Counted from the first letter of the stretch, positions 1 to 10,357 are shown. The stretch: 59,976 bases of DNA from an uncultured Acidobacteriota bacterium (GCA_964455175.1 CAYVUW010000004.1:5177-65152), one strand, 5' to 3'. The notes: generated by a model from the letters alone, not told the origin. Numbers and translations: made by a program.

Positions 1-897
1 TGGGGTGATCATTTTGAAGTCGATAAGGCGCTCGAAAACGATGGTTATGTAAACGCTAAAAAAGACCTTCTGGAAGCGAATGGGCTTTGTTGTCTTGCGA
101 TTAGTACACACTTAGTAGGGCAATGTGTCTGCGATCCGATTGACGAGCGGCACCAGGCGATCATTCCCCCAAGAATATGGGGGGATGGCGATCCCGAAGG
201 TGTTCGGCAACGCGCCGCGCAGGAGGTCATTGACACCGCGCAAGCTGCCACGCTTTTTGGGGTCGAGGTTGTCAACGGTTTCACGGGAAGCAGTGTGTGG
301 TCAAAGCTGTATTTCTTTCCGCCCACCTCACAGGCTGATATCGACGTTGGCTACAGTGACTTTGCTGACCGGTGGACACCGATCATGGATGCTTATTCCA
401 CACACGGTGTCCGCTTTGGGCTTGAGGTGCACCCAACCGAAATTGCCTACGATATCTACACGGCACGCCGTGCGCTTGACGCGATCGGAAACCATCCGAA
501 CTTCGGTTTCAACTTCGATCCTAGCCACCTGATTCCCCAGTTTGTCGATCCCGTTGCATTCCTCGACGAGTTCAGTGATCGCATCTTCCACGTTCACATC
601 AAGGACGCTAGCGGTCAATTGGACGGCCTTAGCAGCATTTTGTCGTCCCATCTTGACTTTGGTGATCCACGTCGTGGTTGGGACTTTGTGTCGCCGGGTC
701 GTGGTCAAGTGGAATGGGATCCGATCATTCGGGTACTGAACAGAATTGGCTACAAGGGCCCACTGTCGATCGAATGGGAGGACAGTGGTATGGATAGAGA
801 ATGGGGGGCTCAAGAGGCTTTGGAAATGGTACGTGGCCAGGACTTTGAACCCTCTAATGTTGCCTTCGATGCTGCCTTCGGAGACGAAGATGAGTGA
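1..897 (+). CDS. Sugar phosphate isomerase/epimerase (xylose isomerase-like TIM barrel, AP_endonuc_2 type), 5' truncated
   Basis: Frame 1 is open from base 1 ([12 protein letters not shown]...[14 protein letters not shown]...[14 protein letters not shown]), so the gene extends upstream of the 295 start in the ORF track. Metal-ligand motifs LEVHP, FDPSH, HVHIKD and SIEWED are present. Confidence 0.9.
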   Translation, partial: WGDHFEVDKALENDGYVNAKKDLLEANGLCCLAISTHLVGQCVCDPIDERHQAIIPPRIWGDGDPEGVRQRAAQEVIDTAQAATLFGVEVVNGFTGSSVWSKLYFFPPTSQADIDVGYSDFADRWTPIMDAYSTHGVRFGLEVHPTEIAYDIYTARRALDAIGNHPNFGFNFDPSHLIPQFVDPVAFLDEFSDRIFHVHIKDASGQLDGLSSILSSHLDFGDPRRGWDFVSPGRGQVEWDPIIRVLNRIGYKGPLSIEWEDSGMDREWGAQEALEMVRGQDFEPSNVAFDAAFGDEDE

Positions 898-2083
898 GCA
901 GGCATTTACTGACATGGCGGCTTCCGGCGCAGATGAGGATGTTCGGCACATTGGTGTCGGCATGCTGGGTTACGCCTTTATGGGGAAGGCGCACACAAAC
1001 GCCCTAAAAAAAATACCTCACATGATGTATCCACCTCCTGCGATACCAGATTTGGCAGCAATCTGTGGGCGTGATGGGGATGCTGTTTCTGAGGCCGCGC
1101 GTCGTTACGGTTACGCTCGTAGCTACACAGACTGGCGTGACATGCTCGAAGACGAAACCGTTGAACTGTTTGATAACGGAGGTCCTAACGACACGCACGC
1201 CGAGCCCTGCATAGCCGCTGCTGAAGCTGGTAAACACGTGTTATGTGAAAAGCCACTGGGGCGCACTGCCGAGGAATCTAAGCTCATGCTCGATGCGGTG
1301 GAGAAGGCTGGCGTCAAGCACATGGTGGCCTTCAACTACCGATTTGTCCCGGCGATTCGACAGGCGCGCCAGCTTATTGAAAGCGGCGCTCTGGGCCGCA
1401 TTTATCACTACCGGGCGGTTTATCTGCAGGAATGGATTATGTCCCACTACGACACACCCAAGATTTGGCGGCTCGACAAGGATCAGGCCGGGAGTGGTGC
1501 ATTGGGAGATTTAGGTGCTCACATAATTGATTTGGCACACTATTTGGTTGGCGACATAGGCTCGGTGGGGGCATTGGCAACAACGTTCATCCAAGAACGA
1601 CAACTTCCAGACGGTAGCGCCGCCGTCCCAGTCAATGTCGACGATGCGTTTGTTGCCACGGTTGAGTTCAGTAATGGGGCATTGGGCACGCTCGAGGCGA
1701 CCCGTTTTGCCGCTGGTCGCAAGAACCACCAGGTTATCGAGATCAACGGCGAAAAAGGCAGCATTCGCTTTGATCTGGAACGCTTCAATGAGCTGGAAGT
1801 GTTTTGGATTGACGACGCACCGAAAGAAACACAGGGCTTCCATCGAGTGCTGGTCACTGAGTCACACCACCCATTTTGGGAGAACTGGTGGCCCCACGGC
1901 CACATAATCGGGTGGGAACACACGTTCGTGCATGAGATCACGCACCTTCTCGATTGCATAGTCAATGACGGTGACGTAGCACCGCACGGCGCGACCTTCG
2001 AAGACGGTTATCGTGCAGCCATCGTTTGCGATGCAATCCTAGAATCGGCAGACAAGCGCCGGCAGATGGATATTCGGTATTGA
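890..2083 (+). CDS. Gfo/Idh/MocA family NAD(P)-dependent oxidoreductase
   Basis: Rossmann start [19 protein letters not shown] motif and [13 protein letters not shown]. The ATG at 890 overlaps the end of the upstream gene (stop at 895-897); 914 is an alternative start. Confidence 0.92.
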   Translation: MSEQAFTDMAASGADEDVRHIGVGMLGYAFMGKAHTNALKKIPHMMYPPPAIPDLAAICGRDGDAVSEAARRYGYARSYTDWRDMLEDETVELFDNGGPNDTHAEPCIAAAEAGKHVLCEKPLGRTAEESKLMLDAVEKAGVKHMVAFNYRFVPAIRQARQLIESGALGRIYHYRAVYLQEWIMSHYDTPKIWRLDKDQAGSGALGDLGAHIIDLAHYLVGDIGSVGALATTFIQERQLPDGSAAVPVNVDDAFVATVEFSNGALGTLEATRFAAGRKNHQVIEINGEKGSIRFDLERFNELEVFWIDDAPKETQGFHRVLVTESHHPFWENWWPHGHIIGWEHTFVHEITHLLDCIVNDGDVAPHGATFEDGYRAAIVCDAILESADKRRQMDIRY

Positions 2084-2130
2084 GGTGGACCTGGGCAAGT
2101 CAGCTGTCCCATGTTGAAGGAGGTTTCCCA

Positions 2131-3519
2131 TTGCGTACACGGCTACTTTCAATCCTAACCTTGACTGCTTTAGGGGCCCCTTTGGTTGTGGGCGCCAACG
2201 TGGCCTCACTCCCTGCAGGGTCATTGGCTAGACAGCAAGCCACTGCTGCCGCATCACAAATTGATGGTGCCCGAACGCGGTGGGAAATCAGCTGCAACAT
2301 CCGCAAGGACAAATTCGATTTCGTTCTCCCGAAGGCGATGCGTGCCAACAACATCGATATGTGGATCGTTATCGACCGGGGCCGTGGTACGCAGCCAATG
2401 ACACTCGATTTCGCTATCTCGACGGTCAACGGACAGGGCTTCTTCGTTTTCATTAATCATGGTGCCGGTCGCATCGAACGTTTCCAGTTGGGAGGCGGAA
2501 GTGAATTGGCTCAGGAGTGCGGTGCGTACGACGATTTCCGCAGTCTCGGTGAGCTTCGGGACATCGTGATCCAGAGTGATCCACAGCGCATCGCATTGAA
2601 TTTCCTGGAAGTCCCGAACATACGTGAGGGGCTGCACGTTGCTGACGGGTTGACTCACAGTGACTTCCAATTCCTCAGCGAAGAGCTTGGTGAGCCGTAC
2701 GCCTCGCGCTTTGTTTCCGCACAGCAGTTGGTCGCCGATTTTCGCGGGGAGCGTGTTGCCCTAGAGCTGGTTGAATTCTCAAAGGTCGCTGATTTGACGA
2801 GCTCGTACATTGAACGTGCCCTATCTAACGAGGTTATTACCCCAGGTGTTACGACACACAACGATGTTTCCTGGTGGCTGGAAGAACAGCGCGAAAGTAT
2901 GGGTTTGTTGCGTACCTGGTACCCAACCGTTTACACACACCTCCCCGACGGAGGTGAGATCGGTGGGACAGACCGGGTTATTCAGCGTGGTGACGTGCTA
3001 CAGATAGATTGGGGACTCGAGCGCAACAATTTCGCAACCGATATCAAACGCTTCGGCTATGTGTTGCGTGAGGGAGAGACCGAGGTGCCACCGGGGATCC
3101 AGAATGCGTTTGAGGAATCGTTACGGGTGCAAAGGATCATTCGTAACAACGTCACATCAGGGCGCACGGGACGAGAACAAATTGACGCGCTGAAGCAAAT
3201 CATCAGGGACGCTGGCTACGTTTATACCGAAAAAGAACGAGCTAGCGATGTGGAGGGAATCGAGGTCAACGTTGGGATGCACGCCGCTGGTAATATCGGA
3301 CACGATATGGCGGCGTCGCTGTTCGAAATCTTTCCATTTCGCACTGAGTACATGGTCCGACCCAACAACATCATCTCGCTTGAGTACATCGTCTTCACTC
3401 CTGCTCCGGAGTGGGATGGGGCGAAAGTCCCCGTGAATGTTGAAGAGAATGCGACGATTACCGAGCGTGGCATCGAATGGCTTTACCCGCCACAGATGCG
3501 AGTACAGGTTATTCGATAG
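2131..3519 (+). CDS. Exported M24 family metallopeptidase (Xaa-Pro aminopeptidase-like)
   Basis: TTG start after AAGGAGG and an N-terminal signal peptide. Pita-bread ligands are QIDWG..ATDIKR (D,D), HAAGNIGH (H plus second His), SLEY (E) and VEEN (E). Confidence 0.85.
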   Translation: MRTRLLSILTLTALGAPLVVGANVASLPAGSLARQQATAAASQIDGARTRWEISCNIRKDKFDFVLPKAMRANNIDMWIVIDRGRGTQPMTLDFAISTVNGQGFFVFINHGAGRIERFQLGGGSELAQECGAYDDFRSLGELRDIVIQSDPQRIALNFLEVPNIREGLHVADGLTHSDFQFLSEELGEPYASRFVSAQQLVADFRGERVALELVEFSKVADLTSSYIERALSNEVITPGVTTHNDVSWWLEEQRESMGLLRTWYPTVYTHLPDGGEIGGTDRVIQRGDVLQIDWGLERNNFATDIKRFGYVLREGETEVPPGIQNAFEESLRVQRIIRNNVTSGRTGREQIDALKQIIRDAGYVYTEKERASDVEGIEVNVGMHAAGNIGHDMAASLFEIFPFRTEYMVRPNNIISLEYIVFTPAPEWDGAKVPVNVEENATITERGIEWLYPPQMRVQVIR

Positions 3520-3568
3520 GCCACGTCAATCTGCAGCTCTTGAGAAGCTATCGGCGCCCAGAAGGGCG

Positions 3569-4474
3569 TTACCTCCAGGAAGCACCGGCTCCTTCTCCGA
3601 TGTGGGTAGCCTCGCCGCTGACGAGCTCGATGAGCTTTAGCATAAACTGACCGTTCTCCCTTGCCGTCAAAAGGATCTGGCTGCCATCCGGTGACCACTC
3701 CGGAAAGGCGTCACCGAACATCATGCTCTCAGTTATTTGGCGTTTTTGGGAACCGTCGACGTTCATCACCCAGAGGTTTTTATCTTCTTCTGTGCCTGAG
3801 GCCCAGGCGACTTGGCTGCTGTCTCGTGAGAGTGATGGCCACTCATCAAGGTGGTTGTTTTCAGTTAGACGTCTGGTCTCTCCGCTCTCTGGATTCGTCA
3901 AGTAGATCTCAGGATTGCCGTCTCGGTTCGATTCGTAGACAACGGCAGCACCATCACGCCCCCATCGCGCGTAGGCATCGCTTGTGCTGCCAGTATCGAT
4001 ACGTTCTTCGGCTCCGGTTGCGACGATGATGAGGTAAAGGCCGCGACCGTTGGCATCATCCTTGGTAACGAGAATTTGCTCGCCACGTGGGCCCCAGTCG
4101 GCTGGGTTGCCATTGTTTGCGAGTGCCACGGAAGACTCCCCGGATTCCGTGTCCAGAATCATGACGTTAGCCGAATCCTCGTTCATTGCGACGAACAGGA
4201 CTCGATTGCCATCCGGTGACCACACCGGAAAGGCAACATGCCCTCCTAAAGAGGTCAATTGCTGGGGAACAAGGTCAGAGATATTTGCAGAGAACACTTC
4301 GGAGGCTTTGCCGGCGGGACTGGCGTAGACGATCTCAGGCTTCCCCATCGTTGCACTGGGCCCACTTGCGCCTTCGGCAGGCAATTCCCCCGTCGGTGTG
4401 TTACCTCCGGCGCAGGCTACGAGAATTAGTGCCAGTGCGACAGGAACACTCCGGAGCTGCCCACATCGAATCAC
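3569..4474 (-). CDS. TolB-like/PD40 six-bladed beta-propeller lipoprotein
   Basis: Lipobox LVAC; repeated P-x-WSPDG motifs (PVWSPDG, PEWSPDG), SNRDGNPEIY and WVMNVDGS. GTG start overlaps the upstream TGA (GTGA). Confidence 0.88.
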   Translation of the reverse strand: MIRCGQLRSVPVALALILVACAGGNTPTGELPAEGASGPSATMGKPEIVYASPAGKASEVFSANISDLVPQQLTSLGGHVAFPVWSPDGNRVLFVAMNEDSANVMILDTESGESSVALANNGNPADWGPRGEQILVTKDDANGRGLYLIIVATGAEERIDTGSTSDAYARWGRDGAAVVYESNRDGNPEIYLTNPESGETRRLTENNHLDEWPSLSRDSSQVAWASGTEEDKNLWVMNVDGSQKRQITESMMFGDAFPEWSPDGSQILLTARENGQFMLKLIELVSGEATHIGEGAGASWR

Positions 4475-5388
4475 TGGCTCTCCTCGGCCCGGGTCGGCCC
4501 GATCTCCTGCAACGTTTCTGAACTCGGTGCCACCATGGTGCGACCAACGGTCTGTTGGTACACCTCATAAAACTCAGGCAGCTTGTCCTCAAGGTCAGAA
4601 GCATTTCTGATCGTCCACTCGTCCCCTCCCTGCGGCCCGTAGGGTTCCTGGAGGTTCCACGCCGTGGAGATGATCCAATAGGCGAACTCTTGCATTAGAA
4701 CCCGATGATGTCTTTCCCCCATGTCGTCACCGTATTGCTCAACGTTGTAGTAGCCCTCGTCAATTGATTTTTGCATCGCCTGTGCTAGTGCCGAGGTTTC
4801 ATTGATGCCCCACTCGTTGGGGAACGTGTAGTGCAATCCGACATCGCTCGTGTAATGCAGAATATGCTCCACGACCTCCATTACCTGCCCGCTCGGCACG
4901 TCTTCCATGATGATGTCGCAGATGCTGTTCTGGCTTCTAGTTAGGTCAAACGCTTCCTCTTCTGTTTGCCTGTAACTCCTATCGTCTCCGACGGGAACAG
5001 GAATCACCGCCCTGTAGCGGTAGTGGTTCTTGAGAATCTCCTCTTGCATTTCCAGGTCAAGGTTTTCATCGCGCGGATAGATTTCGGCAATGGTCTTTCC
5101 AACTAGGCGCATGAAGTCATCGGAGGCATCTTCACGTGCTACCAACTTCAAGCCGCTTGCCGTGAGTTCTTTTGTAAAGGGCGGATATTCATTCGTCGTT
5201 GCAACGTCCGTTACCTCGTACACATCAGCGGGAACCTCACCGATGGGTGAAATTAGGATGCAGCCGCCGAACATCTCCGGCGAAGCATTTGTTTGGTTTG
5301 CTGCGTTGTCGGTAACCGAGTCAGTAACAGTTGTACTGCATGCTCCAAAGACAAAAACTGTAAGAAAAACAGCTGCGAGCAACTTCAT
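4471..5388 (-). CDS. Zincin-like (ATLF/PPEP-type fold) lipoprotein with an atypical EHILH motif
   Basis: ATG at 5388 after GGAGG; lipobox FGAC. VVEHILHYTSDVG aligns with ALEEILHMVSDVG of 46499-47332, and downstream QEFAYW aligns with SEYIYW. Confidence 0.7.
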   Translation of the reverse strand: MKLLAAVFLTVFVFGACSTTVTDSVTDNAANQTNASPEMFGGCILISPIGEVPADVYEVTDVATTNEYPPFTKELTASGLKLVAREDASDDFMRLVGKTIAEIYPRDENLDLEMQEEILKNHYRYRAVIPVPVGDDRSYRQTEEEAFDLTRSQNSICDIIMEDVPSGQVMEVVEHILHYTSDVGLHYTFPNEWGINETSALAQAMQKSIDEGYYNVEQYGDDMGERHHRVLMQEFAYWIISTAWNLQEPYGPQGGDEWTIRNASDLEDKLPEFYEVYQQTVGRTMVAPSSETLQEIGPTRAEESQ

Positions 5389-5459
5389 TGGGAAACCTCC
5401 GGTTGATAGCCTGACGCCAAACATGGATGTTTGTGTGATTCTGGGAAGTTAGCTTCCCG

Positions 5460-6524
5460 TCAACTAGTCTCCTGCGTACCAACGGAATCGGGCACCGTTG
5501 TTTTCATCCAGTAAGCAGTATTGTGAAAGTTTGCTGCGACGCTTCCGGGCGGTACCAGCGCGTCACACGCGGCGCGTGAATCGTCATCAAGGGTCATTTC
5601 AAGAACCGGCAATAGATGTTGAAGGTGATCAAGTGTGCGCGCGCCGATCAGTGGTGCAGTAATACCCGGCTGATCCTTGCACCACAGCACCGCCAACTGT
5701 GCCGGAGTGATGCCAACTTGCTTGGCAACCTTAGCGAACTCACGAGCAATCTCCACACCACGTTGCGTTACCCGATCGGCATAAAACCCGCCACGCTTAG
5801 CGGCGCGTGAATCGGCTGGGTATTCATCGGCGTTGTTGTAACGTCCCGCTAGCACACCCATGCCCAAAGAGCCCCAGCAGATGATTCCGAGTCCGTGGCG
5901 CTGTGCCAGCGGGATTAGCTCGTTCTCGATACGCCGATCCAAAAGATTGTACGGTGGTTGCTCTGAGGCATAGCGCACCCAGCCCTTCATCTCGGACACC
6001 ATGATTCCCTCCATGACCAACCAAGCTGGTTGGGTCGAGCATCCGATGTAGCGCACCTTGCCTTGCTGTACCAGATCGTCGAGGGCGCCAATAGTTTCGT
6101 CGAGCGGAATATCGAAGGATGGGCGGTGCAACTGGTATAAGTCTATGTAGTCAGTTTGCAAGCGTCTTAATGACTCCTCGCAAGCGCGAATGATGTTCAG
6201 CCGCGAGTGCCCAGATTCATTAGGGCCGACACCGGGAACTTCTTCATCGAGTGAGATCCCGCGGCGCCTTCGTCCATGGTCGACCTTAGTGGCAATGAGG
6301 ACCTTATGGCGGATACCGCGTTCCTTAATGGTTTGGCCGATAATGGTCTCGCTCATACCCTCTGCGTAGACATCGCCGGTGTCTATCAGGTTGATGCCCG
6401 CGTCAATCGCTTGGTTGATGATCGCAGTTGCTTCATCCGCAGGCGTTGCGTCACCGAAGTTATCTGAGCCAAGACAGAGAGGGGAAACATTCACACCTGT
6501 GCGGCCGAGGATTCTGTATTGCAC
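5460..6524 (-). CDS. Aldo/keto reductase (paralog 1 of 3)
   Basis: GTG start ([18 protein letters not shown]) after AGGAAGG. Catalytic tetrad motifs are DTGDVY, ATK and LYQLH; [11 protein letters not shown] is also present. Confidence 0.93.
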   Translation of the reverse strand: MQYRILGRTGVNVSPLCLGSDNFGDATPADEATAIINQAIDAGINLIDTGDVYAEGMSETIIGQTIKERGIRHKVLIATKVDHGRRRRGISLDEEVPGVGPNESGHSRLNIIRACEESLRRLQTDYIDLYQLHRPSFDIPLDETIGALDDLVQQGKVRYIGCSTQPAWLVMEGIMVSEMKGWVRYASEQPPYNLLDRRIENELIPLAQRHGLGIICWGSLGMGVLAGRYNNADEYPADSRAAKRGGFYADRVTQRGVEIAREFAKVAKQVGITPAQLAVLWCKDQPGITAPLIGARTLDHLQHLLPVLEMTLDDDSRAACDALVPPGSVAANFHNTAYWMKTTVPDSVGTQETS

Positions 6525-6653
6525 TTTGCTTGCCTTCCTAGGATACGAAGCAATTCTTTTCACCGCGTTCGCGGACCGTACATCGTATACGATCTGTGCT
6601 CCTTTGCTGCTGCCACCGCTTTAATCTAAGACAACCTAGCTAGGAGACATGCT

Positions 6654-7502
6654 GTGATGTTGCGTTACTTACTCGTTGCATCGGTCGCGGTTACTTCTGT
6701 GGACGGGACCGCACCGGTGCAAGACGAAGTGTTGGCTGCGTTTCCTATTATTGAGACCGGGGAGAAAGTAATCATTCCGCCTCTGGGGGTACATCCCTTC
6801 TATCAGAAGTACATCAACGCGGAAGGCATCCTCATAGTCAGTTCGGTACAAGTTCCGGATGCGGCCCTCCTAGCGGCGCGGCGCACTGTTTTACATCTGC
6901 TTGCCCGCAGACCTGATGTGCACATAGAGATGTTGGCCTACAATCCGCGTATTTCCATCATGGGCGTCTCAGAGACTGCGTCGGATTTGCCCGAATTTGA
7001 TGTCGGCGCTGATGGCCAATGGGGGTTGGGGCAGATGCAGGGCGACCCAACCACGCTCGTTTCTGAACGCGGAATTTGCTACCCAGGGAACACTAAATAC
7101 CGCGCCAATTTTTTGTTACATGAATTTGTCCACAACATGCAGAATTTGGGTTGGATCCAGACCGACCCTGGTGTCGATGAAGAAATCTATGCGGCCTACA
7201 GCAACGCGGTAGCCCGAGGTTGGTTTGCTCCCCCGAGAACTGAAACGATGGGTATTGGACCAGATCGTTCCTTTGGGGATGACGAATACCTGACCCACAA
7301 CGTTAACGCTTGGTTTAACCTTAACGAATCGTTGCCGGGGCCCTGGGTAGATGTCCAGATTGGCGAGGCAGGGCCGCTCTCGGGGACGCGGGAACAGCTG
7401 CGCCAACGTGACCCGGCACTGTTTGAGATCATCGACCGTTTTCTTCCCGACTCGCTGGGGGACTTGATGAGCGGTTGTCCGCCGAATGTGGTTGATTGGT
7501 AA
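6654..7502 (+). CDS. Exported zincin-like metallopeptidase (canonical HEFVH)
   Basis: AGGAGA RBS and signal peptide. LLHEFVH zinc motif, downstream DEYL third-ligand motif and C-terminal LRQRDPALFEII helix typical of ATLF/PPEP-like domains. Confidence 0.75.
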   Translation: MMLRYLLVASVAVTSVDGTAPVQDEVLAAFPIIETGEKVIIPPLGVHPFYQKYINAEGILIVSSVQVPDAALLAARRTVLHLLARRPDVHIEMLAYNPRISIMGVSETASDLPEFDVGADGQWGLGQMQGDPTTLVSERGICYPGNTKYRANFLLHEFVHNMQNLGWIQTDPGVDEEIYAAYSNAVARGWFAPPRTETMGIGPDRSFGDDEYLTHNVNAWFNLNESLPGPWVDVQIGEAGPLSGTREQLRQRDPALFEIIDRFLPDSLGDLMSGCPPNVVDW

Positions 7503-7504
7503 AA

Positions 7505-8011
7505 ATGTCTCGTCGGTTCCTAATCAGCATCCTGGAAGTCACGCGAACAGCAGCGCGTGCCGTTGTAGTCCTTGCGTTCGCCACGATTGTCATCGTGGTG
7601 TTTGGGCAGGTCGTTTCACGCTTTCTATTCAACGCTCCGTTTTCATGGTCAGAGGAGTTGGCCCGATATCTCCAAGTTTGGCTGATCATGGTGGGATCGG
7701 CTGTCTGTCTTCGTAAAGGGCTGCATCTGACTGTTGACTACGCTGTCCATTCGTTGCCGGAGGGCAGCACGAAGCGAAACCTGCACCTCCTATCGCTAGC
7801 GGCAATTCTGTTTTTCCTAGGGATCGTATTCATCTCTGGCATCTCACTGATTACAGCGACGCTAAATCAACGAACACCTGCACTGCAGATACCAATCTGG
7901 GTTGTCTACTTGGCCATACCTGTCGGTAGTTTCTTGATGTTTTTGGAATCGGTTGGTCTCGTACTGACGGCATTCGACGGCGCGAGCCCGCCAATGGATG
8001 GTGACCAATGA
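7505..8011 (+). CDS. dctQ: TRAP transporter small permease
   Basis: About four hydrophobic segments; motifs QVVSRFLFNAPFSWSEELARY and GLHLTVD; directly upstream of dctM. Confidence 0.92.
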   Translation: MSRRFLISILEVTRTAARAVVVLAFATIVIVVFGQVVSRFLFNAPFSWSEELARYLQVWLIMVGSAVCLRKGLHLTVDYAVHSLPEGSTKRNLHLLSLAAILFFLGIVFISGISLITATLNQRTPALQIPIWVVYLAIPVGSFLMFLESVGLVLTAFDGASPPMDGDQ

Positions 8012-8033
8012 ACTTGGGGGAAGAAGTGCAGCG

Positions 8034-9317
8034 ATGATCGCGATTCTTGTTATCGCCATCGTGGTGTTTTTTCTCATCGGCATGCCGATTGCTTTTGCGA
8101 TCGGTGCCGGTTCGACGATTGCGATTCTATGGGATGGGACATTGCCGATCTCGATCGTCGCGCAGCGGATGTTCTTCGGACTCGATTCGTGGTTACTAAT
8201 GGCAATCCCGCTATTTATGCTCGCCGGCCAACTGATGGCTGCTGGTGGTATGTCGTCACGCTTGGTCGCCTTCACGACCGAACTTTTCGGTTTCATACGC
8301 GGCAGTTTGGGTTTCGTCTGCGTTGCGGCGTCAATGACTTTTGCGGGAGTTTCTGGTTCTTCGACCGCCGATACTGCGGCGGTCGGGTCGATTCTCTTGC
8401 CGCTGATGAAGGAGCGTGGCTACGACATGCGGTTCGCGACGGCATTGCAGGCCGCTGCAGGGTCGATCGGCCCAGTTATACCCCCCAGTTTGCTGATGAT
8501 CCTGATTGGGTTTACTACCAACACCTCGGTTTCAGCACTTTTTCTTGGAGGTATTGTTCCGGGGCTGTTAATCGGTCTTGGCTTGATGGTGGTGACGTAC
8601 GTGCATGCTGCCCGCGGCGGCCCTGCCTACCTGGGCACGCAAACGCACGTCGATTTCCGCCGCGTTGTGCGTACCGGTTTAGTGGCGGCGCCAGCACTTG
8701 GTATGCCAGTGATTATTCTAGTGGGCATCGTCGGAGGGATTTTTACCACTACCGAGGCTGCCGTCGTAGCGGTTGTGTACGGCCTGGGTGTCGGCATGTT
8801 CGTCTATAGAGAAATCTCGCTGCGTGACCTTCCGGGTATCATCGCCCGCTCCGCGGAGCTCGCCACAGTTATCATGTTTATACAGACGACGGCTTTTCTG
8901 TTTGCTTGGTTAATTACCGTTCACCAGGTTCCAGCCTTGTTAGCGAAGGCTTTCGTGGCACAAGTGAGCGGTCCCGGCACATTCTTCCTCCTCTACATCC
9001 CGCTTCTTTTGTTGGTCGGAGCGGTGATGGAGAGCTTCTCAGCCACGATCGTGTTACTGCCGATCATCTTTCCGATCGCACAGAGTCTCGGGGTAAACCC
9101 GGTTCACTTCGGGGTGGTTACGACCGTTGGGTGGGCGATTGGTTATGTCACGCCGCCGTTCGGCGCCACGCTGTTCGTTTCTTGTAGCCTTACCGGCAAG
9201 AGCATTCGAGAAACAACACCGTTCATTCTACCGATCGTCTTGTCAATGCTAGCTGTGTTACTACTGATAACCTTCTTCCCAGCAGTCGTGTTGTGGATTC
9301 CGGACATGTTTCAGTGA
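8034..9317 (+). CDS. dctM: TRAP transporter large permease
   Basis: Motifs LMAIPLFMLAGQLM, FAGVSGSSTADTAAVG, IGPVIPPS, NPVHFG and TPPFGATLF. Start placed at the ATG after GGGGGAAG (ORF track starts at 7998). Confidence 0.95.
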   Translation: MIAILVIAIVVFFLIGMPIAFAIGAGSTIAILWDGTLPISIVAQRMFFGLDSWLLMAIPLFMLAGQLMAAGGMSSRLVAFTTELFGFIRGSLGFVCVAASMTFAGVSGSSTADTAAVGSILLPLMKERGYDMRFATALQAAAGSIGPVIPPSLLMILIGFTTNTSVSALFLGGIVPGLLIGLGLMVVTYVHAARGGPAYLGTQTHVDFRRVVRTGLVAAPALGMPVIILVGIVGGIFTTTEAAVVAVVYGLGVGMFVYREISLRDLPGIIARSAELATVIMFIQTTAFLFAWLITVHQVPALLAKAFVAQVSGPGTFFLLYIPLLLLVGAVMESFSATIVLLPIIFPIAQSLGVNPVHFGVVTTVGWAIGYVTPPFGATLFVSCSLTGKSIRETTPFILPIVLSMLAVLLLITFFPAVVLWIPDMFQ

Positions 9318-9334
9318 AGGGCGAGGAGGGTGCG

Positions 9335-10324
9335 ATGTCGACAAGGCATGGTTTAGCGACCGTGCTACTGGCGGTGGTGCTGCTGGTGAGTTCTTGCGTA
9401 AGGGGTGCCCCCGATGTCTTTATTATCAAAGTGGCATCGTCGGCTCCGGCGGATGAGCCGGGATCACGGGCCCTGCAACGTTTCGTTGACGTCCTCAATG
9501 AAGCCGCCCCTGGACGTGTCGAGGCGAGACTATTCGCAGCAGCGGCACTCGGAAACGATCGAGATGTTACCGAAGGGTTGAAACTCGGCACAGTCGAGAT
9601 GCAGATGGCTTCGAACTCGACGCTGGCTACTTTCGTTCCCGAGATGTATGTCTTCGAGATGCCGTTTTTGTTTGAAGATAACGAGCACATGTTCGCGGTG
9701 CTCGATTCGGAAATAGGAGAGAGTTTTCGTCCTGCACTTGAACGTGAAGGCTTCCATCTGATGGGTTACTTCACATTTGGCTTGAGGCACATCATGACCA
9801 CGGAGAAGCCGATTGGCACGATGGCTGATCTGGGAGGCCTCAAGATTCGAACCATGGAGAGTCCACCACATCTAGATGCGTTTGCCGCCTTCGGTGCTAA
9901 TCCTCTGCCGATGGCTTACAACGAGCTATACACGTCCCTCGAAACAGGTGTCATTGATGGCGCCGAGGCTGCCAATTCGAATTATTATTCGAAGAAATTC
10001 TATGAAGTGGCGCCTTATTGGGCTCAAGTTGGCTGGCTGCGTTTAGTAGCACCTGTGATTATGAGCAAAGCGTTTTACGACAGCATGCCTCTAGATCTCC
10101 AAGAATTAGTCGACAAGACACTTAAAGATCTCGAAGCATACGAACGGCAGCTTTACACAGAGGTTGATGAGCAGCGGCTACGTGACCTGGAGGCGGCGGG
10201 GGTTAGCGTCACCTATCCTGCCGCCGGGGCTTTCGTTGAAGCGTCTTCGACTGTTTACGAGGCATGGCTCCAGAGAATTGGCGGGCGAAGCCAGCTAAAC
10301 GCGATCCTCGATTTTCCTCGTTGA
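9335..10324 (+). CDS. dctP: TRAP transporter substrate-binding protein, probable lipoprotein
   Basis: GAGGAGG RBS; lipobox VSSC. Motifs LGNDRDVTEGLKLGTVEM, KIRTMES (carboxylate-binding Arg) and ELYTSLETGVIDGAE. Confidence 0.92.
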   Translation: MSTRHGLATVLLAVVLLVSSCVRGAPDVFIIKVASSAPADEPGSRALQRFVDVLNEAAPGRVEARLFAAAALGNDRDVTEGLKLGTVEMQMASNSTLATFVPEMYVFEMPFLFEDNEHMFAVLDSEIGESFRPALEREGFHLMGYFTFGLRHIMTTEKPIGTMADLGGLKIRTMESPPHLDAFAAFGANPLPMAYNELYTSLETGVIDGAEAANSNYYSKKFYEVAPYWAQVGWLRLVAPVIMSKAFYDSMPLDLQELVDKTLKDLEAYERQLYTEVDEQRLRDLEAAGVSVTYPAAGAFVEASSTVYEAWLQRIGGRSQLNAILDFPR

Positions 10325-10357
10325 GGCCTTTGTGATCGAATACTTGAGCGTTTGCTT

